This document shows, in pieces, positions 48,991-61,712 of a DNA stretch of 64,000 bases. The first letter of the stretch is position 1; each line of letters starts with the position of its first letter. The stretch comes from Mobula hypostoma (taxonomy: Eukaryota). The stretch lies in NCBI RefSeq assembly GCF_963921235.1, contig NC_086109.1, forward strand, positions 8,000,001-8,064,000, in the 5' to 3' direction. The notes under the pieces were generated by a model. It did not search any database, was not told the DNA's origin, and worked only from the letters and a program-made list of their open reading frames with translations. A program made the position numbers and the translations under genes.

Positions 48991-49567
48991 CATTCCAGTG
49001 TGTTTTTGAAGGTGGGGTCACTTCAGCTGCTGTGAGCTGAGAGTGAAGGGAAAGGGCCCTATGGACTCATTGGGCTATCTGTGATGGCTGACGTGGATTC
49101 TAATGCTTGACCATCAATTTCTGTGAAGTTAAGGTTTGTGTCATAGATGGCTGAACGACATTCTCTGTATTTACCCTGAAACAAAAGGCCGGCTTTCTCT
49201 TTTCTATCAACTATGCCTTCCAGGTTATTCGTGTTGAGATGAGAGCAGGGGAGCGGTACCTGCAAGATGGCCTCTGAGGGGTACTCGCCACCCTGACTGG
49301 GAACTGTCAAAACTCCTCCATTGTAGGGTGAACCAAAGCCCCGAGCAGTCAACCCAGCAGTGTTGCAGGGAGACCTTCAAGTCTCCATGAGATCAATTCG
49401 TGTTGGCTCTAATGGTGGTCAGTCTAGTGGAGATTTATAGTCATAGAGCACCACAGCTCCGCAGAAACAGGCCATTTGGCCCATCTAGTCCATGCTGACC
49501 TGTTATTCTGCCTAGTCCCAGGACCATAGTCTTCCTTGTCTCACCCATCCATGATCTGTAGTTTTAG

Positions 49568-49745
49568 TCTCACCCATCCCATGTTTGCACCCTCATGGTT
49601 TTCATGGCAAGATACAGAAGTAGATGGCCAGGCCTTTCTTCCGCGCAGATACGGCTGCTGCCCAGGTTGGGACCCAGCTGGGTTTGAACTCGGGACCATC
49701 TGCCTCGAAGTCCACTGCTGATACCACTGCACCACCAGCTGGCCC
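49568..49745 (-). mobile_element. tRNA-headed SINE with RTE-type tail, nested in a CR1 tail
   Basis: Minus strand gggccagctggtggtgcagtggtatc (A box) ... gagttcaaaccc (B box) ... cttctgtatcttgccatgaaaacc. Confidence 0.65.
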
Positions 49746-50539
49746 TGTCTATACCACTCTCAATTTTGTATACCTCAGTCAAATCTCTCCTCATTCTCCT
49801 ATACCTTTGGGAATAAAACTGTAACCTGTTGAACCTTTACCTTGTAAACTCAGGTCTTCATGTCCCAGACACATGCTTGTACATTTTCTCTTTATTCTCT
49901 CTCTCTCTCTCCCACGGGTATGACCATTAATAGTCTAGATTTTTATGTGGAGTTGATCAGAATGGCTGTTTCTAGGTTAAAAGATGGAGCTGCAACAGAT
50001 TTACCATCTCAAGTGATCTGATTGTTGGGAGATGCGTGTGACATAAAAAAACTCTGGGGAAATTTGCATTCATCTAGTTTTAATGTGAGGCGTGGTTAAG
50101 ATGATAGTCCACCATTAAGCTAAAAAGTGCGGAATGTTCTGTGAGAAAGTTAATCTGTGAATGTTCTGTTCTAAGATATTAGAGCAATTTTTATTTCTAT
50201 TTTCATGCCACGTCTGAATGAAAGTGGTAGAAAGTACTTGTCATATTTCTGAGGGGGGGGGAATCACTATTTTGGATGGCATGTATGCCAGTAGTGTACC
50301 TGTTGTTATATACTTGGGTGATCAAAGCATGGCAAAGTGAACACTGACTTTTTGAAGAAGGTTTGAATTTTCTTTTTAATTGGGTTAGTTATTTCTTAAC
50401 CAAGACACCATTTAGTAGTGGAGACAGTCATGGTTTTTTCCCCCTTGTTTGCCTCAGTCTCTATGGGAAAGGTTTTTAATGAGTTGTTGGGTTGGGGTTG
50501 GTTTTCACAATTGACCCATTAAACATCGCACAGTTACCT

Positions 50540-50835
50540 CATTTGGTCCATTGAGCTAATGGCTGATTTATTTTCCTTCTCAAACCCATTCTCCTGCCTT
50601 CTCTGTAACTTTTGCCCTTACTAATCAAGAACCTATCAACCTCTGCTTTAAATGACTTGGCCTTGGCACTGAATTCCACAGATTCACCACCCTCTGGCTA
50701 AAGAAATTCCTCATCTCTGTCTCAAAGGGACATTCTGAGGCTGTGCCCTCCGGTCCTAGATACCCCACTATAGGAAACATTCTCTCTACATCTACTCTAC
50801 CCAGGCCTTTCAATATTCGGCAGGCTTCAATGAGA
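50540..50835 (-). mobile_element. CR1 LINE 3' fragment
   Basis: ORF 50625-50912 (-): DLIEACRILKGLGRVDVERMFP...NFFSQRVVNLWNS. Confidence 0.8.
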
Positions 50836-52057
50836 TCTGTTTCAGATTTATTTAACACATTTACATCAAAACATGCCATGAAGTTTGTTGTTTGTGTTAA
50901 CAACCAACGCAACTAGGAATGTGCTGAGGGGGCAGCCCGGAAGTGTTGCCACACATTCTGGCAGCAATATAGCATGCCCACAATGCTCGGCAGAACAACA
51001 CAGAACACAACAAGCGACAAAAACAACAGCAAAACCAGCTCCTTTCTTCCCTCCTACCCACACACACAGGCACCCCTCCGGCCTCCAGCCATTGGGCTTC
51101 AACCTCAGATTTTTGTTTTCCAGTGAAGTGGCGCTGAGCTGCAGTTTTCATCGAGATCTTGGCTCAGGCTTAGTTGTAGTACAGGTGCAGAGCCATGTTG
51201 TGTTAACCCTTTCATTCCCAGGGTCATTCTCGTAAAGCTCTGGACCCTCTCCAATGCCAGCATATGCTTTCCTATATATGGAGCTAATGAAGGAGTGACA
51301 GTAACTACTTATTAGTGATGTGTGACTGAGTGGAGCTTACCATGAGGGGGGTTGGGGGTTCAGGAGTTGTGGTTTCAATATCTTCATTGTTTTGTACTCT
51401 CTCTCAAAATGGGTTACATTCCGTAAATCTTAACTATTTTGCCCATCAAAGCTTAACAGTCCGCTTATCAGTCACACCAGTCTCTTTGATCGCATGGTTG
51501 TGCCGTGGTCAGTAAGCAGCCTTTATTTCCCAGATACTAGCTATGTTTATCCTCGGCTGTCTTTTGACTTGTATTTGTAGAAATAACTACCTGATTCTCT
51601 CCACCACTGGCACCACTTTGAGTGATGGCACGATGTGAGTGTTAACCCTTTCACTTGTTGAAAGACCGCAGCACGGTAGAGCTAAGCTTCAGGGGTTCCC
51701 AGCCTGGGGTCTACAAACCCCTCGGTTAATGGTATGGTTCCATGGCATAGAAAGGGTTGGGAATCCCTGTGCTACAGAAACGTCAGCCATGGAATATCAG
51801 GGCCTCTGGCAAGGCCAGATTTAATTGCCCCTAGAAGGAGTGGTTTTAAAGAGTCAACCTTGTTCTGGAATCCCACACCAGCTAGACCAATTCAGTCCTG
51901 ATACAGGGTCTTTGTCTATGTCACTTTCAAGGACTCTACCACTCATTCCAGAGTTTGCCTTTTGCACATTGGTTGTTTGTCAGTCTTTGTGTATAGGTTT
52001 TCATTGATTCTATTGTATTTCTTTGTTCTACTGTGAATGCTTACACGTGAGGTAGTA

Positions 52058-52540
52058 CAGTGTATTCAGGTTAATTGGGCCATTGGTTAATTGGGGCTGC
52101 CGCTTATTTGGGACAACTCTTAACAAAAAACTAATCAAGAAAGTAGTTGTGATTCCACCACCAGCAATTTTTTTGTGTATTCCTTGTTTCCTTCCCTTTG
52201 TTTATTTGGGACACCATGCCGCTTAGTCTCTCACAAGCATCATTTGCATACACTGCTTAAAGCAAACAGTTTATAAATAGTGTCAGTTGCATGTGTTTCT
52301 GTTCAAATGCAGTGATTTTTTTTCACTGATAGCTGGCGCAGAATAAGCAGTAAGACAATTCAGAACGTTTTTGCCATTGCAGTTTCAAACATTCAGGCTT
52401 GGCGATGAAATGATTTCCCTACTTCAACAAGAACGAAACTACCAAGTATTTGATGGTATCGACAATCATCGTGAATGTTACAATGAAAATGAGGATTTGG
52501 AGGATGCAATCGTTGAAGCATTATATGAAGGCAGTGCATT
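52058..52540 (+). mobile_element. Tigger/pogo-like DNA transposon remnant
   Basis: TA-cagtg start with repeated ttaattggg/ttatttggg subterminal motifs; acidic C-terminal remnant FDGIDNHRECYNENEDLEDAIVE. Confidence 0.55.
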
Positions 52541-52988
52541 GCCTGCACATCTCAAGGACAGCTTCTATCCTGCTGTTATATTGAACAGTCCCTCGTACGA
52601 TAAGATGTACTCTTGACTACGCAATCTATTTCGTTATGGTATTGAAACTTAATGTCTGCACTGCACTCTCTCTAACTATAATGCTTTATTCCACATTGTT
52701 ATTGTTTTACCTTGTACTACCTCGTGTAATGAAATGATCTGCATGGATAACATGCAAAACAATTTTTTTTCCACCCTACTTCAGTACACGTGACAATAAT
52801 AAACCAATTTCCGATAACAAGGTCTGGCCAAGCTTGGAGACCAGTGAAGTTAAAACCTGCATGCCACCAAACCCCTGAACATGTGAGGCAGATTACATGT
52901 CTGTTTGGAATCTTTCTAAATACTTTTATTAAGTGGCTGAAGAAACAGAGCGAAATGGGGAATAGTGAGGTCGTGTTCATGGGTTTGG

Positions 52989-53250
52989 ATGGCATGGTAG
53001 CGTAGTGGTTGGCACAACGCTTTACAGTACCGGCGACCCAGCTTCAGTCTCCAGCACTGCCTGTAAGGACTTCGTACATTCTCCCCGTGACATCGTGGGT
53101 TTCCTCCGGGTGCTCTGGTTTCCTCCCACAGTCCAAAGGCCAAAATTACTAGGTTAATTGGTCATTGTAAATTCTCCCGTGATTAGACTGGGCGGCATGC
53201 CTCGAGGGACTGGAAGGGCCTACTCCAGGCTGTATCCCAATAAGTAAATA
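52989..53250 (+). mobile_element. V-domain tRNA SINE
   Basis: ggcatggtagcgtagtggttggcac head; V core. Confidence 0.8.
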
Positions 53251-54504
53251 GAACTCCAAATCTGGTTTATTATCACTGACTTAAGCCATGAGATTTGCAA
53301 TTTGGTTGCAGCAGTACAGTGAAATACATAAAATATACATTGCATTGAAATTTGATAATAGGTATAGGAATGTGAAATTCGGTCAAAGTAATGTCGAGTT
53401 TATTATCTTATGCCCAAGTACAGAGAGGCTTATAAATTTATTATTGTCAAATGTGCAGTGAAACTTGCTTTAAATACCATACATTCAGATCATTTTGTTA
53501 CAGCGGTGATTTGTGGTAATACAAGCTGTAGTAGTAACACAATGCAGGATAAAGTGTTACAGTGCAGAGAATCAGAGTCTGGTTGATCAGTGACATACAG
53601 GAGGTCATGAAGTTTTGTGGCAGCAGTACAGTGCAATACATAAAAGCACTATAACTTACGATAAAATCAAAAAACTAAGTCGTGCAAAACAGTGAGGTAA
53701 AGTTCATGGGTTGTCTGATGGCGGGGGGGGGCGAAGCTGTTCCTAAAATATAGGGGTGGGGAGTGTGTCTTCAGGCTCCTGTACCTCCTCCCTGATGGGA
53801 ATGCGAAGAGGGCATGTACTGGATGGTGTGGGTCCTCAGTGAAGGGTGCCACCTTGAGACATCGTCTTCGAGAGGTTTCCTCAGAGGTGGAGAGATCAGT
53901 GCCCACCGCGGAGCTAGCTCAGGTTTCCCCTCTGGTATTGCACCGCGGAGACCTACTCGAGTGCGGGGGAGTGCATGAAGAACTCCCCCACCACTGTATA
54001 CAGTGTCGGCTTGCATTTCTGGTTGCTGGACCATCAGGATAAAGCTGATGCATTTTAATACTTCGATGCTAAAGAGAGAGAAACGGATCCTGCGTTGGGG
54101 ATCTTCCCTCTTCCTGAATTTTTCTGGTGCAGTGGGAACTGAAATTGTTCACAGTTAAACGGTAATCACTGTTTCCATAATTATCCTGGTAGATAATCAG
54201 CAAAATTGTGTTTTAGTCGTTTTGTTATGGAATGTGAAAAACAACTAAATCCTGCCACTACACAGCTGCTGCTTGGACAGTTTGTAGTAGATTGGTCTGG
54301 CAGTAGTTTTATTATGGAGGGAGGAATATTTGTAATGTTAATGTTCGCATCTGGAGATTAATAAGAACACGTCTGAAAGTTTGCCCTTGTCAGATCAAAT
54401 TTAGTTTTGAAGTCAGGAAATTAAAATCAGAACTCTTTGTTTGTTTGAGTGCCCCCTAATGATTCCATGGGAAAGTTGAGTACCAAGTATTTACAAATGT
54501 TTGT

Positions 54505-55070
54505 ACTTCCTCAGAAGTTTGTGCAGATTCAGCATGTCATCTAAAACTTTGAAGATTGCTTATAGATGCGTAGTGGGGAATTATCATGGCGTGCTGTGGA
54601 AACACCGGAAGAATGGAAAAGTCAACAGAAAGTAGGGGATACACTCCATTCCATTATGGGCAAAGCCCTCCCCGCCATTGTGCGCATCTACAAGGAGCGC
54701 TGCCGCAAGCAAACAACATCCATCTTCAACCATCCCTATCATCCAGGCCATGCGCTCTTCTCGCTGCTGCCATTGGGAAGGAGGCACAGGAGCCTTGGGT
54801 CCCACACCACCAGGTTCTGGAACGGCTATTACCATACAACTTCACTCACCTCAACTCTGAACTGATATCGCACTCTATGGAATCACTTTCAAGGACTCTA
54901 CAACTCACGTTATTTATCGATTTTTGCGCATTGGTTGTTTGTCGGTCTTTGTAGTTTTTCATTGAATCTGTTGTATTTCTCTGTTCTACTGTGAATGCCT
55001 GCAAGAAAATGAATCTCCAGGTAGTATATGGTGACATATGCGTACTATGATAATTGATTTACTTTGAACT
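54505..55070 (+). mobile_element. Rex1/Babar-type 3' fragment
   Basis: ORF 54566-54865: HPGHALFSLLPLGRRHRSLGSHTTRFWNGYY; tttactttgaac tail. Confidence 0.75.
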
Positions 55071-55359
55071 TCTAAGCCCTGTTTTCCCTACTCTCTCGCT
55101 TCTCTGAAGACACTGCCAAGCTAACATTGCTCTGCCTACTGCAGCGCTGTTCTGCCTTTCATGTCTTAGTGCTGACATACCCTGTTGGTTGTTAGATGCT
55201 TCCATGTTTCTGTGCCCCATGGTTCTTGGTAACCTGACTAAGAAGTTCCTCTGTGTTCATGTATCAGGAAGTGCACTCCCACAAATTTTAGAAGCATGGC
55301 AGAAGTCTGAGGCAAGATTGAAGAAGTAATTAGGATGAAGCACGTAAATCTCTATAGTT

Positions 55360-55835
55360 TCAGAATGGGGTTTAATATCACTGGCGTATTTCGTGAAATT
55401 AATTAACTTTGTGGCAGCAGTACATTGCAGTACATGGTAATGTAGAAGAAAAACTAAATTACAGTAAGTGTGTATACGTGTATTAACTAGTTAAGTAGTG
55501 TAAAAACAGAAATAAAAAATAGTGAGGTATTGTTTATGGGTTCAATGTCTATTCACAAATCGGATGGCAGAGGAGAAGAAGCTGTTCCTGGATCATTGAG
55601 TGTGTGTCTTCAGGTTTCTTTACCTCCTTCCTGAGAGCAAGACATGTCCCAGGTGATGGCGCTCCTTAGTGAGGGACACTGCCTTTTTTAGGCACCACTC
55701 CTTGAAGATGTCCTGGTTACTACAAAGGCTACTACCCATTATGGAGTTGACTAACTAAACAACTCTCCACAACTTCCTTCAATCCTCTGCAGTAGTTGAG
55801 ACAGAATGCTCTCCTTGGTACATCTGTAGAAATTC
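55360..55835 (-). mobile_element. Rex1/Babar-type 3' fragment
   Basis: gatggcagaggagaagaagctgttcctg ... tacctccttcctga (reverse of the LPSGRRY/NSFFP region). Confidence 0.7.
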
Positions 55836-56848
55836 CAGAAAATGAGGGAAGTTTGTCATTTATGATTGAAGTTAGTTGTTATTCAATATCCCTTTCATTT
55901 CTTGCCAGATTCCATGATCACCCCCCAACTTCTGTCAGTGTCTTCCCTCTCCCATCTGACTGATCTGCCCATCTCTCTACACCTGGATCCACATCACATG
56001 CTGGTTCTTGCCCTCCCGCACCACGCTTAAATCTTTTTCCTGATGAGCTGGATTGAAAACCTAGAGGGGAGATAAATGTTCTTAACCTGAGAAATCCACC
56101 TTTTTGTTGGCATTCACAGTAGAACAAAGAAATACAATAGAATCAATGAAAAACTACACACAAAGACTGACAAACAAACAATGTGCAAAAGAAGACAAAT
56201 TGTGCAAATAAATAATACTGAGAGCATGAGTTGTAGAGTAATTGAAAATTAGTTTGGGCAGATTGTGTTTGTCTATTGTGACTTGGATGAAGATCAGACC
56301 ACATTTTATGAGTAATTAATGCAGAAACCAGGTAATTGTAAGGGTTCACAAACATTTTCTTGCAGCTGTATGCCACCATATCTAACCCTGAGGTTCATTT
56401 TCTTGCGGGCATACTCAATAAATTTTTAATAGTCAATGAGGTAAGTGGAGTTATCCACGCTGGTTCAGGATGGTTGAAGGGTAATAACTTCCCAGATATG
56501 TTGGTAGAGGACCAAATGTTCTACAGACACTGCCTGACCTATTGAGTTCCTCCAACAGGTCATCCTTTGATTTGATCTTGCTTTCTCCTTTGACTTCCCT
56601 TTTGTTACTGGGACCCTGCACTGGTGTTGATTCTACTCTGGTTGTGAGAGCAGAATTTGCTCCGGTGTTCGTTGTATTCATTCTCAGTCCTTGTCTTGAG
56701 AAACTTGGTTTTGTAGAATTTCCTGTAAGCTTCAAGTTTTTGGTGATGTGTTTGAGCATTGCACTCATGACGTGCCTTATTTTTTTGTGTGCTTGTGGGG
56801 TGGTGGTTCACAATTGGATTTAATATCACTGGCATATGTCATGAAATT

Positions 56849-57495
56849 GAACACTTCCAACCTCCAACCAGTGATCATCAATAATCAGCAAATGGAGGAG
56901 GTAGATGAGTTCACGTACCTTGGGAGTAAAGTCAGAACTGATGGAGATAGTGGTAAGGACGTATTAGCAAGACTATCTAAAGCAAATCAAGCTTTTGGCA
57001 GCCTCAATGCAGTTTGGAAATCCACACAATTCAAACTTAACACCAAAACCAGAATTTTTTAAAAGCAATGTCCTAAGCGTGCTACTTTAGGGAAGTGAAT
57101 GCTGGAAGATGACGAAAGACACCTTCCAGACAAAATGTGTACGACGTATCAAGATGATCTTCTGGCCTGAGAAAATCAGAGACCAAGACTTGCTTACATC
57201 CTGCAATATCGAATCAATCTCAGTTTGTGTGAAAAGAAGACGATGGAGATGGCTGGGCCATGTAATGAGAATGCCAAATGATCAACTAACAAAAGTAGTA
57301 CTAAGGTGGTCTCCACAGGGAAAGTGAAGTAGGGCCAGGCCCAAAATGACATGGCAAAGATCTGTGGAAGCAAAACTGAAAGAAGTAGGCATGAACTGGG
57401 TAACGGCGAGCAGCAGAGCGAAAGACCAGCAGAAATGGAAGACCCTTGTGGAGGCCCCATGTGCCACCTAGGCACTAAGGGTTCAGACGACCATG
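56849..57495 (+). mobile_element. RTE-clade LINE 3' fragment with 13-bp TSD
   Basis: EEVDEFTYLGS...ARLSKANQAF, KRRRWRWLGHVMRM...RWSPQGK; TSD atgtcatgaaatt at 56836-56848 and 57496-57508. Confidence 0.85.
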
Positions 57496-57544
57496 ATGTC
57501 ATGAAATTTGTTATGTGGCAGCAGTACAATACAATACATAATTT

Positions 57545-57794
57545 ATTTGTTTTATTTATTGACATACTACAGTGCAGAGTAGGCCCTACCAGCCCCTCGA
57601 GCCGTGCTGCCCAGCGATTTCCCCCAATTTAATCCTAGCCTAATCATGAGGCAATTAGCCTACTAACTGGTAGGTTTTTCAGCTGTGGGAGGAAACCAGA
57701 GCACCCAGAGGAAACCCACATGGTCACAGGGAGAACATACAAACTCTTTACAAGCAGTGGTGGGAATTGAACCCCAGTCACTGGTACTGTGAAG
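57545..57794 (-). mobile_element. V-domain tRNA SINE
   Basis: Reverse-complement core gtgggaggaaaccagagcaccc. Confidence 0.75.
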
Positions 57795-57866
57795 CCCCTT
57801 CCCCCTTCCCCCTTCCCCCTTCCCCCTTCCCCCTTCCCCCTTCCCCCTTCCCCCTTCCCCCTTCCC
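57795..57866. repeat. (CCCCCTT)n heptamer repeat, about 10 units
   Basis: Read directly. Confidence 0.95.
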
Positions 57867-57975
57867 GTCTTTTGTCACTGGTTGTGAGAGTGTCCTGTTG
57901 GTCTTTCATAGATTCTATTACATTTCTTGGATTTACTGAGAATGCCCACAAATTGTGGCTGTTTGAACTGTTTAG

Positions 57976-58230
57976 AGGGCGGCCCAGCTGTGGAGTGGTT
58001 AACGTAATGCTTTTCACAGCACCATCAACCGAGTTCAATTCCCACCACTGCTTGTAAGAAGTTTTTACGTTCTTCCCGTGACTGCATGGGCTCCCTTGGG
58101 TGCACCAGTTTCACCCACATTCCAAAGACGTGTGTGCTAGTGGGCTAATTGGTCACATGAGTTTAATTGAGTGGCACGGGCATGCTGGGCCAGAAGGGCT
58201 TGTTACCAAGGTGAATCTCTAAATAAATAA
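57976..58230 (+). mobile_element. V-domain tRNA SINE
   Basis: Head with gagttcaattccc B box, V core, tctaaataaataaa tail. Confidence 0.75.
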
Positions 58231-58570
58231 ACCAGTAATAGATTGCTGTACAAGTTTATTATTGTCACATGTACTGAGGTACAGTTAATATAAAACTAAC
58301 ATTTGCCTGTCATCCGTACAGATCATTTAATTACATTGAGATAAAGGGAAAATTGATAACGATGCAAAATAAGGTGTTAGTGCGAGTAAATGCAAAGCAG
58401 GTAGACAGTAAGGCCACCACAAGGTGGACTGTGAGGTTCAAGAGTCTATTTTATGCTTCAGTGGCCTTGGAAGCTATCCTTGTGCCTGGTGGCACATGAT
58501 ATCAGGCTTTCCCCTGATGGAAGAGGGGAGAAGAGATAATGACTGGGTTAGTGGAGTCTTTGATTATGTT

Positions 58571-58788
58571 CACAAACATGAGGAAATCTGCAGATGCTGG
58601 AATTTCAAGCAACACACACAAAAGTTGCTGGTGAACGCAGCAGGCCAGGCGGCATCTCTAGGAAGAGGTACAGTCGACGTTTCAGGCCGAGACCTTTCGT
58701 CCAAGGGTCTCAGCCTGAAACGTCAACTGTACTGCTTCCAAGAGAAGCTGCCTGGCCTGCTGCGTTCACCAGCAACTTTTATGTGTGT
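58571..58788 (+). mobile_element. Fold-back Penelope-like insertion with 14-bp TSD
   Basis: Inverted arms ~58612-58697 and ~58703-58788; TSD tctttgattatgtt at 58557-58570 and 58789-58802. Confidence 0.85.
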
Positions 58789-61427
58789 TCTTTGATTATG
58801 TTGCCTGGTTTCTTGAAGCAGCGAGAAGTGTGTGAGGAAGTTGAGTCCTCTCTGACGGTGAGTGCATAGTCCCTTGTGTGGTTGTGGCTCACTACTTTTA
58901 TACTTTATTGTCACCAAACAATTGATACTAGAACATATAATCATCATAGCGATATTTACTTCTGCGCTTCACGCTCCCTGGATTACAAATCGATAGTAAT
59001 CGATACTTGTCGGAAGCTTGGGAGCCTTAATAGGCCTTTACAGGAATTAAAGCAACGGGCAGATCTACATTTTGTTTTCAGGGTGACGGAGGTTACCGGA
59101 TGGGAAAGTGTACCCTGGGTTTCAGTGCTGTTTGGAGTAAAGGCTGTTTCTGTACCACTTGGAATGCTGTAGTTTGGCATTCTGTCATTCAGCAGCTCCT
59201 GTCTTTTGAATCTTTAAACCTGGACCAGCTTCACTCTCCTCATCGCTGAGCTGATTCCGCAGTGTGTGGACTCTCTTCATGGACTCCGCAGCTCACGTTC
59301 TATGTATTAGTAGTTTACTTATTTGCTGCTCTTTGCCCTATTTGTCCTCTTTCACATATTGAATATTTGCCGCTTTTTGTTTATTTTGTGGATTCTATTG
59401 CTCATAAATGTATGTCACTATCGTATCTCCATCCAGCCTGTTCCAGGAGCACACCCCTGTGTTCACCACCTGCCCCCCCCCCGCCCCTTTAAGATTTCTC
59501 CCTCTTTCCTTAATTACATGAATTCTACTACTAGACATTTCTACCTTGGGAAAAACATTCTGGCTGTATCTATGTCTCTCGTAATTCTACAACTTTCCTC
59601 TCCTTTTAGATTCCTCCTCCAGCCCCTTACCTTCTCTGTCCATCACCTTCCAGCTTCTCACTTCATTCCACCCCCCACTCACCCACCTTCCCCCTCATCT
59701 GGTCTCACTTATCACTTGCCATCTTGTACTCTTTCCCCTCCCACTATCATATGGTGGGGCTGACTGGCCTAATTTTCCTCCTACATCTTGACGCACACAA
59801 GGAGTGTGGTAGCAATATTGTGTCTACAACTGTGGCCCACTGGCAATGAAACTTCTGAGTTTAAAAGCCAATGGTTAGTAACGTGACATTGAATCTACTG
59901 GACTTGAGTTCAATAATGCCCTTTGGGAGCAAGCCTTTGGTTTTGGCCCCCGTGATTCCAGAGCCATTAAAATAACCGGCCTGTAAAATAACCAAGCATG
60001 CTAGTCAATTCAAGGGTCAATTAATGTTGTCGTTGCATCCAATTAAGGACAAATCGCTCATTCAGAAGAGCTGCACGCAGGAAAAAAACAGATACTCTAT
60101 ACAATAAGAAGCTTTGTGTCCAATTGTTTTGAAATCATCTTTGTTGGGGAGTGTGTGGCCTTTTGCTGAGGCACTGTTAATGTCTTCACTTAATCTTCCT
60201 TCTAAAATCTATTTCCACATTCGGGCAACGTTCAGAACCTCTTGTTGCATCTGCAGAATCTCTGGTCTTCAAAACACGGTCTGGTTGGCACTTAATCTAC
60301 ATCATGGTCATCTGGTTATTATCACCCTGCTGCTTGCGGACTTTTGTGTTCTGCCATCTCAACAGTCATTGGCTGTTTTCTGCCTTGGCTGGGACTTTGA
60401 CATTGCGAAGATGAGATGTCTCTCCTTTTCTAGTATTGTTGACAAAGTAATTCCACTGAATTTTTGTGGCCATATTTCCAATGCTTTCTATGTCTTAATT
60501 GCTTTTACCGTGTGTCCTGTTCTGCACTTTGTGCTGGTTCCTGACAGTCTGCAATCCAAGGTTTCTTCGGAAGTTTAACATTGAAGCATAATATTTGTTG
60601 CTTGTAGTTATTTTACTGAGTGTTACAAGAACGAAAAGAACGAAGGGAAAAGCATGGTGAGAGACGGAATGAACAGAGAAAGGAAAGAACAGAGGAAGAG
60701 AGTTGAAGGAAAAGAGGGAACAAAGGTGGTCTGGTCTTTTAGCAGACCACTGGCCTGTTGAAGCCAATTAACCAGTAAGATAGCCAGATTCAAATAACAC
60801 AACAACTGTCACTGAAACCAAAAGGTTTCCAGTTAAAATACGAAGGTAAAATGAGATCTCCTCTTATTCTTCTCAACTCCAGTGGGTACATGCCCAGAGT
60901 CATCAAACACCCATTCCTGGGATCATTATTGTAAACCTCCTCTGGAACCTCTACGATGCCAGCACATCCTTTCTTAGATGAGGGGACCAGAACTGCTCCC
61001 AGTAATTCAAATGTGTCTGACCAAAGCCCTTCATTGTCAGGTAGACCCCCTGCACATAGAAAAAGTACCCACCCAGAGACATGAGATTCTGCCAATGCTT
61101 AACCATATCAGTCTTGACCCGAGTCAACTATTGAACACCTACGGCGTTCCGGGATGGAGAATTTCAAAGATTTTCTCCAGCGCTAAAGATGAACTCTTGA
61201 TATCTCAATCCAAACCATTGTTGTTTTGCACTTCATTGTTTGCCAGCACTGGAGTTTATGTGTAACTGTTTCTGTGTTCTGTTGTTTTTAACTACTGTGA
61301 TGTACTTAGCATGCAAGCCAAGCTTTTCATTGTATCTGGGTGCACGTGACAATACTCGACCAGTGTCTCAGATTCACTATCTTCTGGGTGAAGAAATCTC
61401 TTATCATCTCAGTTCTGAAATAATGAT

Positions 61428-61712
61428 AAAGATTAGCTTTATTTGTCACATGTGCATCGAACAGTATAGTGATACATGTCATTTGCGTCAATGACCAGTG
61501 ACGTCTAGGTTGTGCTGAGGGTAGCTCTCTCAAGTGCTTCATGCTTCCGATACCAACAGAGCATGCCCGCATCTCACTAATCCTAACCCTTGTGACCTTG
61601 GAGTGTGGGGTAAACCAGATCACCACTGACAGGGAGAACATAGTCAGCGGTGGGAATCGGACCCTGCTCTCTGGCGCAGTGAAGTGCTGTGCCAACCGCT
61701 ATAGTACCATGC
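61428..61712 (-). mobile_element. V-domain tRNA SINE with alternative tail (degraded)
   Basis: gattagctttatttgtcacatgtgcatcg tail shared with the 19845 copy. Confidence 0.65.

Noticed and set aside
52989..53060. SINE heads as tRNA genes (here and at other copies)
   Set aside because: No complete cloverleaf, and each continues into the V-SINE core
57795..57866. Interstitial telomeric repeat
   Set aside because: Unit is AAGGGGG, not TTAGGG
60114..60578. 154-aa ORF in unique sequence
   Set aside because: Non-ATG start, no recognisable domain, no convincing flanking splice sites
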